From positions 13,659-77,658 of the forward strand of contig JALNYU010000017.1 of the NCBI GenBank assembly GCA_023229645.1: a stretch of DNA of 64,000 nt, in the 5' to 3' direction. Positions 1 through 7,404 of this stretch are shown piece after piece (position 1 is the first letter of the stretch; every line of letters begins with the position of its first letter). A model generated the notes under the pieces. The model saw only the letters and a program-made list of their open reading frames with translations, did not search any database and was not told the DNA's origin. The position numbers and the translations under genes were made by a program. Origin of the DNA: Nevskia sp. Its GTDB lineage: Bacteria; Pseudomonadota; Gammaproteobacteria; Nevskiales; Nevskiaceae.

Positions 1-1272
1 AGCGGGAAGGTGCAGGGACTGCCACCGCGCCAGAATATCCGGCAGGTTGTTGGCTTCGTGCTTTGTGGCATCCAGCGGCGTGCGTTTATCGTCCAGCGAA
101 TAGCCATCGGCCTGCATGTCGTAGAACCAGACGTTGTCGGTGCCGCCGGAGTCGGTGCGGGTGAACAGCAGAATCGCGGTCGAGACGCCGGCATACGGCT
201 TGAAAACGCCGGAGGGCATTGAGACGATGCCATCCAGCTTGTGGTCCTCAACGATGGCTCTGCGCAGGGCCTTGTGCGCGTTGCTGGAGCCAAACAGCAC
301 GCCGTCCGGCACGATGACGGCGGCGCGGCCGCCGGGCTTGAGCAGGCGCAGGAACAGGGCCAGGAACAGCAGTTCGGTTTTCTTGGTCTTGACCATCGCC
401 TGCAGGTCTTTGGCGGTGCTCTCGTAGTCCAGGCTGCCGGCAAAAGGCGGATTGGCGAGGATGAGGCTGAACTGGCCTTCCACCCCGGAGTGGCCTTGAC
501 TCAGCGAGTCGCGGTTTTCAATCGCCGGATTTTCCACGCCGTGCAGCAGCATATTCATGCTGCCGACGCGGAGCATGATGTTGTCGAAGTCAAAGCCGTG
601 AAAGGTGGCGCTATTGAAGTGCTCGGCTGATGCCTTGCTCGCATACACCGCCTGCTGGTGATGCTGGAGCAGGTATTCGCTGGCGGCGACGAGGAAGCCG
701 GCGGTGCCGCAGGCGGGGTCGCAGATCGTATCCGTGGGTTTCGGCGCCATCATCTCGACCATCAGCTTGATGATGTGGCGCGGCGTGCGGAACTGGCCAT
801 TCTGTCCGGCGCTGGCGATTTTGCCGAGCATGTATTCGTACAAATCGCCCTTGGTATCCCGGTTTTCCATCGGGATCGCGTCCAGCATATCCACGACTTT
901 GGTCAGCAGTGCCGGGGTTGGGATCGTGAAGCGGGCGTCCTTCATATGCGTGGCGTAGGTGCTACCAATGCCGAGCCCCTTGATGAACGGGAAAACCTCA
1001 TCGGCAACCACGGCGTACATCGCCTTTGGATCGCCGAGTTGCCGGAACACCGACCAGCGCAGCGCGTTCTGGCTCGGTTTGAACACCGGCTTCTCAATCG
1101 GCCTCTTGAGGCGGTTGGCCTTCTTTTCCTCGACGGTGTGCAGCTCGTCCAAGCGCTTGATGAATAGCAGGTAGGTCATCTGTTCGATGACCTCCATCGG
1201 GTTGCTGATGCCGCCGCTCCAGAAGGCGTCCCAGATCCGATCGATCTGCCCCTTGATTTCGCCCGTGATCAT
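1..1272 (-). CDS. hsdM: Type I restriction-modification methyltransferase subunit M (3' end outside window)
   Basis: Manual translation from ATG at 1272: MITGEIKGQIDRIWDAFWSGGISNPMEVIEQMTYLLF. SAM motif DPACGTAGFL at 691-720, catalytic NPPF at 442-453. No stop in window, so absent from the ORF track. Confidence 0.93.
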   Translation of the reverse strand, partial: MITGEIKGQIDRIWDAFWSGGISNPMEVIEQMTYLLFIKRLDELHTVEEKKANRLKRPIEKPVFKPSQNALRWSVFRQLGDPKAMYAVVADEVFPFIKGLGIGSTYATHMKDARFTIPTPALLTKVVDMLDAIPMENRDTKGDLYEYMLGKIASAGQNGQFRTPRHIIKLMVEMMAPKPTDTICDPACGTAGFLVAASEYLLQHHQQAVYASKASAEHFNSATFHGFDFDNIMLRVGSMNMLLHGVENPAIENRDSLSQGHSGVEGQFSLILANPPFAGSLDYESTAKDLQAMVKTKKTELLFLALFLRLLKPGGRAAVIVPDGVLFGSSNAHKALRRAIVEDHKLDGIVSMPSGVFKPYAGVSTAILLFTRTDSGGTDNVWFYDMQADGYSLDDKRTPLDATKHEANNLPDILARWQSLHLPA

Positions 1273-1571
1273 CGTCCGCTGTTGGTCTAAGTTGTTATAA
1301 AACGTAATGATGCCTGCTGACGCACGACCGTGCAGGGTATGGGACACAGGTCATCTCGAATCGCCCGCCTTTGATAGGGCACGTAGTTTGCTGGCAGAAA
1401 CCTGTGCCGCCGGTGGTTTGGCCTTGAGCAGGCGCCCGAGCAGGTAACGATGAACCGTTTGCGTTCAACGGTGGTACCATTTCGGAACACCGATTAATGT
1501 AATGGGTGACCGTAGTTTTAGGTGCGTTGCTGGTGGGAATCCTATATCGCAATGATTTGTAAGCATCTTCT

Positions 1572-1796
1572 ATGAAAACGCGCTTCGTATTAAAAGGTGG
1601 GCGTTTGGCTTTCGCCGCTGGCGCATCGGCTTATTTAGCGGGTGCAAGCCAAGCTTTTAATATGTTCCCGGATCCGGGCCGGGTACGGCAGGTGCTACGT
1701 ACTTCACAGGAATCCGATGCGGTATCGCTCCAACGCGATGCCATTGCGCTGCAAAATGACGCGAAGCGAGCGATTAAAAAAGACTTTACCCGCTAA
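1572..1796 (+). CDS. Small hypothetical protein of the kind usually found upstream of DUF2335 genes
   Basis: 74-aa ORF with C-terminal SD..SL..D..AL..D pattern; same strand as the DUF2335 gene. Confidence 0.55.
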   Translation: MKTRFVLKGGRLAFAAGASAYLAGASQAFNMFPDPGRVRQVLRTSQESDAVSLQRDAIALQNDAKRAIKKDFTR

Positions 1797-1801
1797 GGCC
1801 T

Positions 1802-2121
1802 GTTATTGAGTCGGCATCAAGACATTGAACCGTACGTGCGCCATTGAAGCCTATTGCGTCCTGGCGAACGTGGTGGATGAGCCGACTCAATAACCAAAAT
1901 ACATTGATTTTGTTATTGATCCGGCCGCCGCAACATGCGCCCGAACCGATTCTTGCCGAAGCGATCAGCCTGTCAGCCGATCAATGTCAAACAGCCGGAT
2001 CAATAACGCTGATGCAGCCGCTGCGACGGCAGCCGTGAACCGCCAGTGCAACGAGGACGGCGCAGGCAATGCTGGTTCCCTTGCGCGACGACCGATACCG
2101 CAATGGCGGCTCGCGGTTCAC
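1802..2121. repeat. Three consecutive long inverted-repeat (hairpin) units
   Basis: GTTATTGAGTCGGC 1802-1815 / GCCGACTCAATAAC 1881-1894; GTTATTGATCCGGC 1912-1925 / GCCGGATCAATAAC 1994-2007; GTGAACCGC 2035-2043 / GCGGTTCAC 2113-2121. Confidence 0.85.
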
Positions 2122-2155
2122 CAGGCGGATTTTTGACTTATAACGTAGTGATCGC

Positions 2156-2656
2156 ATGACTGTTAACAGGCCCCAGATGCCGAACGACGACGCGCCGCAG
2201 ACCCCCGTCGATAAAGTTGTTGCTGAGGTTGCCCGCACAACGCACGATCTGCCCCCCGAGCGGCAGGAAGAAATCGCAAACACGATGCGTATGGCGTTGC
2301 TGGAAACGCGGTTTTCTGGCCCATTACCGCCGCCAGATATGCTGGCGAAATATCAAGAAATCATTGCAAACGGCGCCGAGCGGATCATGGCGTCTACTGA
2401 GCGCGAACAAGCGCATCGGCATTACGTGGATAAAGCGTTGGTCGATGCCGAAATTGCCACGGCAAGCCGCGGCCAAATCATGGCTTTCATATTGGCCTTG
2501 GTGTGCATCGCCGTTGCGCTGGTGCTCGGTTTGTATAGCCACGATGTGCTTGCTGGCGTGATCGGCGGCGGAACACTGGTGTCGGTTGTCACCATTTTTA
2601 TCGTCGGCCGCAAAAACAAAAACGGCAAGCCGAAAGACGATACGGAAAGCCAATAG
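2156..2656 (+). CDS. DUF2335 family membrane protein
   Basis: FSGPLPPPDMLAKYQEIIANGAERIM...EQAHRH signature plus two C-terminal TM helices. Confidence 0.88.
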   Translation: MTVNRPQMPNDDAPQTPVDKVVAEVARTTHDLPPERQEEIANTMRMALLETRFSGPLPPPDMLAKYQEIIANGAERIMASTEREQAHRHYVDKALVDAEIATASRGQIMAFILALVCIAVALVLGLYSHDVLAGVIGGGTLVSVVTIFIVGRKNKNGKPKDDTESQ

Positions 2657-2685
2657 GCTCACCTGAGCCGCGCCCATTCCGGGCG

Positions 2686-2775
2686 CTACTGGCGCATCAT
2701 CCGCAGCCGCTGTACATCGATTGAATCCGGCTTGATGAAGCCTCCACGCGTGGGCATTCGCGCGGCTTAGCGCTC
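2686..2775 (-). pseudogene. Degenerate 3' fragment paralogous to the 4575-4928 phage membrane gene
   Basis: Reads ER*AARMPTRGGFIKPDSIDVQRLRMMRQ* versus ERYADQMPAWEDFIKPDSIDVRALRKMR*; 18 bp identical at 2723-2740 and 4609-4626. Confidence 0.8.
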
Positions 2776-2916
2776 TCCAAAGCCATCGGTATCCGCGTCG
2801 GGGAGACGCGCAGGCGCCGGTCCTGCGCAACCCGCCTCCGGCGAGAAATGCGCTGCCACTTGATCAAACCCGTTCAGCGGCATTACTAATCCCGCCGGGT
2901 ATCGCAGCCGCAGCGT

Positions 2917-3294
2917 GTGGCTGGATCGCTACTGGAGGAATCGGAAACCGAAGGCGCAAAGCCCGGCCGGCGGCGGCTGAGGCGCCGCGTGCTCACCGAG
3001 CCAGCGTATCGCCTGGAAGCGCAGCAGTTTGCGCAAAACACAATGGCGCAGTATCGAGCGTTATTGCCAGCCGGCACGGCGGTACCGGCGTGGGATGCTG
3101 CAGCCGAGCAGCGGCTGGCGGATGGTTTGATCGCGGCGGTGTTGGGCGCCAACCGCTGGTTGGTGAGCGTTGATCACACCCAGCGTTTGCAGGCCACGCC
3201 GGTGCCAAGACACGCGGCGATCATCGACCCGAAGAACGCCGAAAACATGGTGATGATCATGAATGAGTACGTGCCGGTGGCGCTGCTGCCGTAG
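2917..3294 (+). CDS. Hypothetical protein or fragment
   Basis: 125-aa ORF with protein-like composition; no family recognised, start uncertain. Confidence 0.3.
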   Translation: MAGSLLEESETEGAKPGRRRLRRRVLTEPAYRLEAQQFAQNTMAQYRALLPAGTAVPAWDAAAEQRLADGLIAAVLGANRWLVSVDHTQRLQATPVPRHAAIIDPKNAENMVMIMNEYVPVALLP

Positions 3295-3474
3295 CCGGTG
3301 CAGATCGGCGGGGCGCGCTTGGCGCGGCTTGCCCGGCAAGCCGGCACGCTAGAACCTACCGCACCGAAGGTGGCAAGTCGGTAGCGGCAAGAATTGTTGA
3401 TTGATATTCGGCCGAATACGATGTTGCTGGTGACCTGTAACAATTAAGGTTGCCGATTTTTACCTGAGTTCGAC

Positions 3475-3615
3475 ATGGCCGAGCACCTGGGCGACGCGCA
3501 GGCGGTTGCCGAGTATCTGACCATTGTGACGGAAGAGAACGACCCTTCCGCGCTGGCGCACGCGCTTGATACGGTGGCACGTGCGCGGAATGGGCGTCAT
3601 CAGGAAGCTGGCTAG
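3475..3615 (+). pseudogene. Truncated putative addiction-module antidote protein (HI1420-like)
   Basis: FDMAEHLGDAQAVAEYLTIVTEENDPSALAHALDTVARAR matches the family N-terminus; stops before the HTH. Confidence 0.7.
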
Positions 3616-3712
3616 TTGGCGTGCAGTCTCGGTTTGATGCCGTAGCAGCCTGTGGACGCCCGCACTCGGCAGCCTGCGTTCCGGAGATAGTTTGCTCGCG
3701 CCGCCGCCAGTG

Positions 3713-3958
3713 CTAGGCAGCCCTAAGTATTGAATAAAACTCTTTTTTGCTTACACCGAGTTGCTTGAGCATGTAGCCCAGGAGCTTGTCGGTAAATGGC
3801 GCGTGGTGGGCATCTACCGTTACGAGCCGCCTTTGCCCGTTGTAAATACCATCCCAGTTTTCATGACTGGTGCCACTTTGCGGTCTTGGCTTGAATCCCA
3901 GTTTTACCAATACCTTTTTGAAATCCTTGGCGGTTACGGGAGGGTGCTGCCCACTCAC
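3713..3958 (-). CDS. hicA: HicA-family mRNA interferase toxin
   Basis: 81 aa; KVLVKLGF..R..GTSHE.W....RRLVTV pattern with conserved GSH-type His. Confidence 0.85.
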   Translation of the reverse strand: MSGQHPPVTAKDFKKVLVKLGFKPRPQSGTSHENWDGIYNGQRRLVTVDAHHAPFTDKLLGYMLKQLGVSKKEFYSILRAA

Positions 3959-4293
3959 ACCAAGGCCAACGGCGGGGATTCTTCGGTGAACGCTTGGTCA
4001 CCTTTATCTGCGCGCCGGTTGCCGCCGATATAGTTGAAGAACTTGATTCGGTACCAGTTAAAATACGCCCACAGCGGTGCGCGTCGACGTAATAGCGCGG
4101 AACGAAACTCTGGCGTCTCAGTAAGCGCAGTTTTTACGTAGTCTTTGATCTGCGCTTCGAGTTTCTGTTTGGCTTCAGCTAAGGAGTCGGCTTGCGCCGC
4201 GAGGCCAAATTCGAGCGACATTGCAACGTATTGCGAACCTTCTTTGGACGCAATGCAGCGAATGACTGAAGGTGAGTGCGAATGCGCAGGCAC
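3955..4293 (-). CDS. hicB: HicB-like antitoxin (short, RNase H-like fold only)
   Basis: YVAMSLEFGLAAQADSLAEAKQKLEAQIKDY motif; GTG start with AAGGAG RBS; 4-bp overlap with hicA. Confidence 0.75.
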   Translation of the reverse strand: MPAHSHSPSVIRCIASKEGSQYVAMSLEFGLAAQADSLAEAKQKLEAQIKDYVKTALTETPEFRSALLRRRAPLWAYFNWYRIKFFNYIGGNRRADKGDQAFTEESPPLALV

Positions 4294-4310
4294 TTTTATA
4301 ACTCCTTAAT

Positions 4311-4326
4311 TCCTAAAATTTTAGGA
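4311..4326. promoter_or_regulatory. Perfect 16-bp palindrome upstream of hicB (candidate operator)
   Basis: TCCTAAAATTTTAGGA, starting 18 bp upstream of the hicB start. Confidence 0.5.
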
Positions 4327-4574
4327 TTCAGCTCCGGATAAACGCTTCATCCGCAACCCAAAGCGGCGCTTCATCAAAGCTATCTTTTGTATTTTAATGA
4401 TACAACGGAATAGTACAACGGACATCTGGCGTCGAAGGTTGCAGCGTAATTACAGGCGGCAGATAGCGCGGCATAAGCCGCGAATCTGGGGCTTGGCTCC
4501 GATTAATGCGCAAAAATCAGCGTGCCGATCTGAAATTGGGCTAGATACCGGTTAGCTGCTCATTCCTCGCGGCG

Positions 4575-4928
4575 CTACCTCATCTTCCGCAGCGCGCGTA
4601 CGTCGATCGAATCCGGCTTGATGAAGTCTTCCCAGGCGGGCATTTGGTCGGCGTAGCGTTCATCGCTGGCGAGCATGGTGTGGAGGATGCGCATGGCGTC
4701 CATCATTTGGTTGATGCGTTCTTCGCAAGCTTCGTTGCGGTAGTAAAGGCGGTAGGCGAGCCAGCCGACCATCATCAGCACTAGCAGCATGAAGATGAGC
4801 GTGGATGCCGGGCTTGAGACGACGGTGGAGGCGACATCGACCCAGCCTTTTACTTGTTCGGCGGTGATCATCACGGCGGCGGCGCCGGCGCCGGCGGCAA
4901 CGGTTCCGGCGATGTTTTTCGGGTTCAT
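4575..4928 (-). CDS. Phage membrane protein downstream of the spanins (holin-like candidate)
   Basis: 117 aa with two hydrophobic segments; 4-bp overlap with the o-spanin stop. Confidence 0.6.
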   Translation of the reverse strand: MNPKNIAGTVAAGAGAAAVMITAEQVKGWVDVASTVVSSPASTLIFMLLVLMMVGWLAYRLYYRNEACEERINQMMDAMRILHTMLASDERYADQMPAWEDFIKPDSIDVRALRKMR

Positions 4929-5176
4929 GGGCGTTCCTTGCGGGTTGGGTTCTCGGGTTCAGGTTCGGCGAGCGCGGCGGCGCGGCATTTGCGGTATTGG
5001 CCAGCTACATCAACGAGCTTGGCGGTTGTGGCGCCGAAGCTGGGATCAGTGAGCGGCGTCAGGGCTGGGCAGTTAGCGATCACCAACGGGGTTGGGCTCG
5101 GTGCCGACGAGCGCGGCGTTGATTGTGCGCAGCACGTCAGGAGCGTGCAGGCACTCGCGATAAACAGGCTTTTCAC
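4925..5176 (-). CDS. Rz1-like outer-membrane spanin lipoprotein
   Basis: GTG start MKSLFIASACTLLTCCAQS (lipobox-like), Pro-rich linker, CPALTPLTDPSFGATTAKLVDVAGQYRKCRAA; partly embedded in the i-spanin in another frame. Confidence 0.72.
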   Translation of the reverse strand: MKSLFIASACTLLTCCAQSTPRSSAPSPTPLVIANCPALTPLTDPSFGATTAKLVDVAGQYRKCRAAALAEPEPENPTRKERP

Positions 5177-5414
5177 GGATTTCGGTTTCCAATTGCTGGC
5201 GAATGGTGACGTGCTTGATTTCGATTCCGGCGATCTGCGCGGCCACTGCGCGTTGGGTTTGCTCGGCTGCAGCAGTGACGATGCGCTGTTCGCGATCCTG
5301 CGCGCCGCGCTCGAGGGCGGCGCCATCGGTGCGGCCGAACCAATACGCGCCGCCGCTGCAGGCGAGCAGCACGGCGGCGGCAGCGGGTATGGCCCAGAGC
5401 GGTAGTGGGATCAC
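5073..5414 (-). CDS. Rz-like inner-membrane spanin
   Basis: N-terminal TM, helical body, KHVTIRQQLETEIREKPVYRECL C-terminus; start overlaps the endolysin stop. Confidence 0.72.
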   Translation of the reverse strand: MIPLPLWAIPAAAAVLLACSGGAYWFGRTDGAALERGAQDREQRIVTAAAEQTQRAVAAQIAGIEIKHVTIRQQLETEIREKPVYRECLHAPDVLRTINAALVGTEPNPVGDR

Positions 5415-5590
5415 AGATCCTCCGCGCCGTAGCGGAGATCGTTCGCGGCGCGGCCGGCCCAGCCGTCACCAAACTTTGGCCATGTGGGTAGGTGTCGCCA
5501 GAAGTCCAGCCGCTCGGTGATCAAGCGCATGACCACGTTGGCGGTGTTGCGGGCGCGAATGGCGGCGAGCGTCACTGGGCCGATGTCGCC
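5411..5590 (-). pseudogene. C-terminal fragment of a GH108-type endolysin (PG_binding_3 region)
   Basis: Manual translation GDIGPVTLAAIRARNTANVVMRLITERLDFWRHLPTWPKFGDGWAGRAANDLRYGAEDL*; N-terminal catalytic part missing. Confidence 0.78.
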
Positions 5591-5593
5591 GTA

Positions 5594-6031
5594 GCACCGC
5601 CCAAACTCAATCTTCTACGGATCGAGGAGGAACTGAGCGCGGCGCACCTGCATCTCTCCTTGGCATATATTGAAAACCTGCCCTGGATCGATGTCGTGAA
5701 ACGCTACGACCGGCCGCACACGCTGTTTTACTGCGATCCGCCGTACTGGCAGACTGCAGGCTATGGCGTCGAGTTTGGCTTCGAGCATTACGAAAATATG
5801 GCCCAGTACATGCGCGAGATCGACGGGACGATGATCGTGTCGATCAACGATCACCCGGATATTCGGAAGGTATTTGCTGAATTTCCGATGACGACAGTAG
5901 CGATCAACTACACCGTCGGTGGAGGGCAGAACGCGCAATCGGCCAAAGAGCTGATCATCGGTAACCGGAGTGAAGGTTGGCCAGCAGCTAAATCAATGAC
6001 CGAAACCATCGGCTTAAACCTGGATTTTTGA
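5594..6031 (+). pseudogene. C-terminal half of a phage D12-class N6-adenine (Dam-like) methyltransferase
   Basis: PPKLNLLRIEEELSAAHL...FYCDPPYW...SINDHP; SAM-binding N-terminus absent. Confidence 0.82.
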
Positions 6032-6206
6032 CAGTCCTAAAAAGCTCATTTAAATCCCAATAATTGGTGGGACAAATCAAACGTAAAAATAGGCCAAATC
6101 AAACTGCGCGCTACAATCACACTGCAGAAATTGTCAGTCCAACACGCTGACGATATTGGACAGATACTGGACAATGCGAAATTGTCTTGGGTAAGTCGTT
6201 GATTAT

Positions 6207-6228
6207 TGGTGCGAGAAGAGGAATCGAA
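6207..6228 (-). repeat. att site: copy of the tRNA-Thr 3' end
   Basis: TGGTGC-GAGAAGAGGAATCGAA versus TGGTGCCGAGAAGAGGAATCGAA at 12357-12379 (1-bp deletion). Confidence 0.88.
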
Positions 6229-6281
6229 TCGAGATATTTTGCGCAGTTAATACAGTAGGTTGAAATTATCGATGTTCGTCA

Positions 6282-6302
6282 GTACCGCCATAAATACCGT
6301 CA
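6282..6302. repeat. Integrase arm-type sites, left end
   Basis: GTACCGCCA 6282-6290 and ATACCGTCA 6294-6302; same motif as at 12203-12256. Confidence 0.65.
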
Positions 6303-6431
6303 GGCTGCGGCATTGCCCGTTGAATCTGTCGGAGACGCAGACACTTTTGGCGCCTCTGATCTTTCGTCCAACGCCGCCGAGTAAGCCGAGCTTGGGCGTA
6401 GCGTCTTGCTACTTCGGCCGCATTCCCGGCC

Positions 6432-6686
6432 CTATTCGGCCAAGTCTTGCGTTACTGCCGCGTACTTCTGCGCAAAGTTGATCAGATCGCCGCCGCATGC
6501 CTGCAAGGCTTCCTCAACGGCTACCCAATCGAGCCGGCGCTGACCGCGCTCATAGTCGCTGACGTAGCTTTGAGCACGCCCCAATTTTGCCGCCAAGTCG
6601 GCTTGCGTAAGGCCCGCATCGCATCGAACCTGCTTCAATAATTCCCGGAATTTCTCGCGCTTGGCGCTGTAGAGCCGCTTTGTCAT
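6432..6686 (-). CDS. XRE-family HTH regulator
   Basis: AGLTQADLAAKLGRAQSYVSDYERGQRRLD. Confidence 0.9.
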   Translation of the reverse strand: MTKRLYSAKREKFRELLKQVRCDAGLTQADLAAKLGRAQSYVSDYERGQRRLDWVAVEEALQACGGDLINFAQKYAAVTQDLAE

Positions 6687-6713
6687 GCAGCGACCCTAAT
6701 ATCTGCTTTACAG

Positions 6714-6732
6714 TTATCTAAAAGTCAGATAA
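6714..6732. promoter_or_regulatory. Imperfect palindrome between the divergent XRE and cargo genes
   Basis: TTATCT-AAAAGTC-AGATAA. Confidence 0.45.
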
Positions 6733-6762
6733 TTTTCTGCAATACGGACATAACGACACGAC

Positions 6763-7404
6763 ATGCATATTTACGACGTAACCGGGGCAACACTATTTGA
6801 GGGATTCGGAGGCCATACCAGCATTTGGGACGGAATTAAGGAACCGGCGGAACCTATATCGAATCCTGAACGAAGAATGCGTCTTAGTTTTCAAGTAAAG
6901 CTATCTAAGCGTTGTAGACAAACAAGGCTTACAGAAGGTACTTATCTGAATGAGCTGGAGGGGTCTATCACAATTTACTCCCCAACTGATAGTCCAGACG
7001 ATCTAAGTATGGGAATAGGCGTGATGTCCTATAGGGATGGCGAATATAGCCCGGAAGGGTACGCTATAAAGGTTCTGCTGCCATATGACCAATTTAGGGA
7101 TCTTTTAACTGCCGCTCAATTAGGTAATGTTCCTTCTGAAATTACTGTGCATGAAAGAGGCATGAAGTTATTAGATAGTGAAGAGAGGGAATGGGACAAT
7201 AAATCATCGCCTCGTTTATACGTCGCTTCTATAGATTTTTCTGTGCCTTTGGCGGGATATGGAAAACAAATAATCCAACTAGAACGGAGCCTGCGCGCGA
7301 CCACTTCACTACTTGAAAAAGCAGGTATAAGGCTTAAGAGGGCAGCAACTGGTTTAATTGTCATTTTGGTATTTGCTGTACTTTTGTTCAAGTATTCTCT
7401 TTGA
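6763..7404 (+). CDS. AT-rich hypothetical protein with C-terminal TM anchor (satellite cargo)
   Basis: 213-aa ORF, visibly AT-richer than its flanks, ends ATGLIVILVFAVLLFKYSL. Confidence 0.7.
   Translation: MHIYDVTGATLFEGFGGHTSIWDGIKEPAEPISNPERRMRLSFQVKLSKRCRQTRLTEGTYLNELEGSITIYSPTDSPDDLSMGIGVMSYRDGEYSPEGYAIKVLLPYDQFRDLLTAAQLGNVPSEITVHERGMKLLDSEEREWDNKSSPRLYVASIDFSVPLAGYGKQIIQLERSLRATTSLLEKAGIRLKRAATGLIVILVFAVLLFKYSL

Noticed and set aside
10-1174. Plus-strand ORFs such as 241-630 and 658-1167
   Set aside because: Antisense shadows of hsdM
1821-1845. CGCACGTACGGTTC on the minus strand resembles the 3' half of group II intron domain V
   Set aside because: The 5' half (RAGCCG..) and domain VI are missing and there is no RT gene
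1802-2007. Inverted repeats as attC sites, REPs or a CRISPR array
   Set aside because: Polarity is GTT...AAC rather than RYYYAAC...GTTRRRY, there is no GTAG foot, and the repeats alternate in orientation with no cas genes
5492-5593. N-terminus of the track ORF 5492-6031 as part of a full-length methylase
   Set aside because: It is the antisense of the endolysin fragment; methylase homology starts at about 5594
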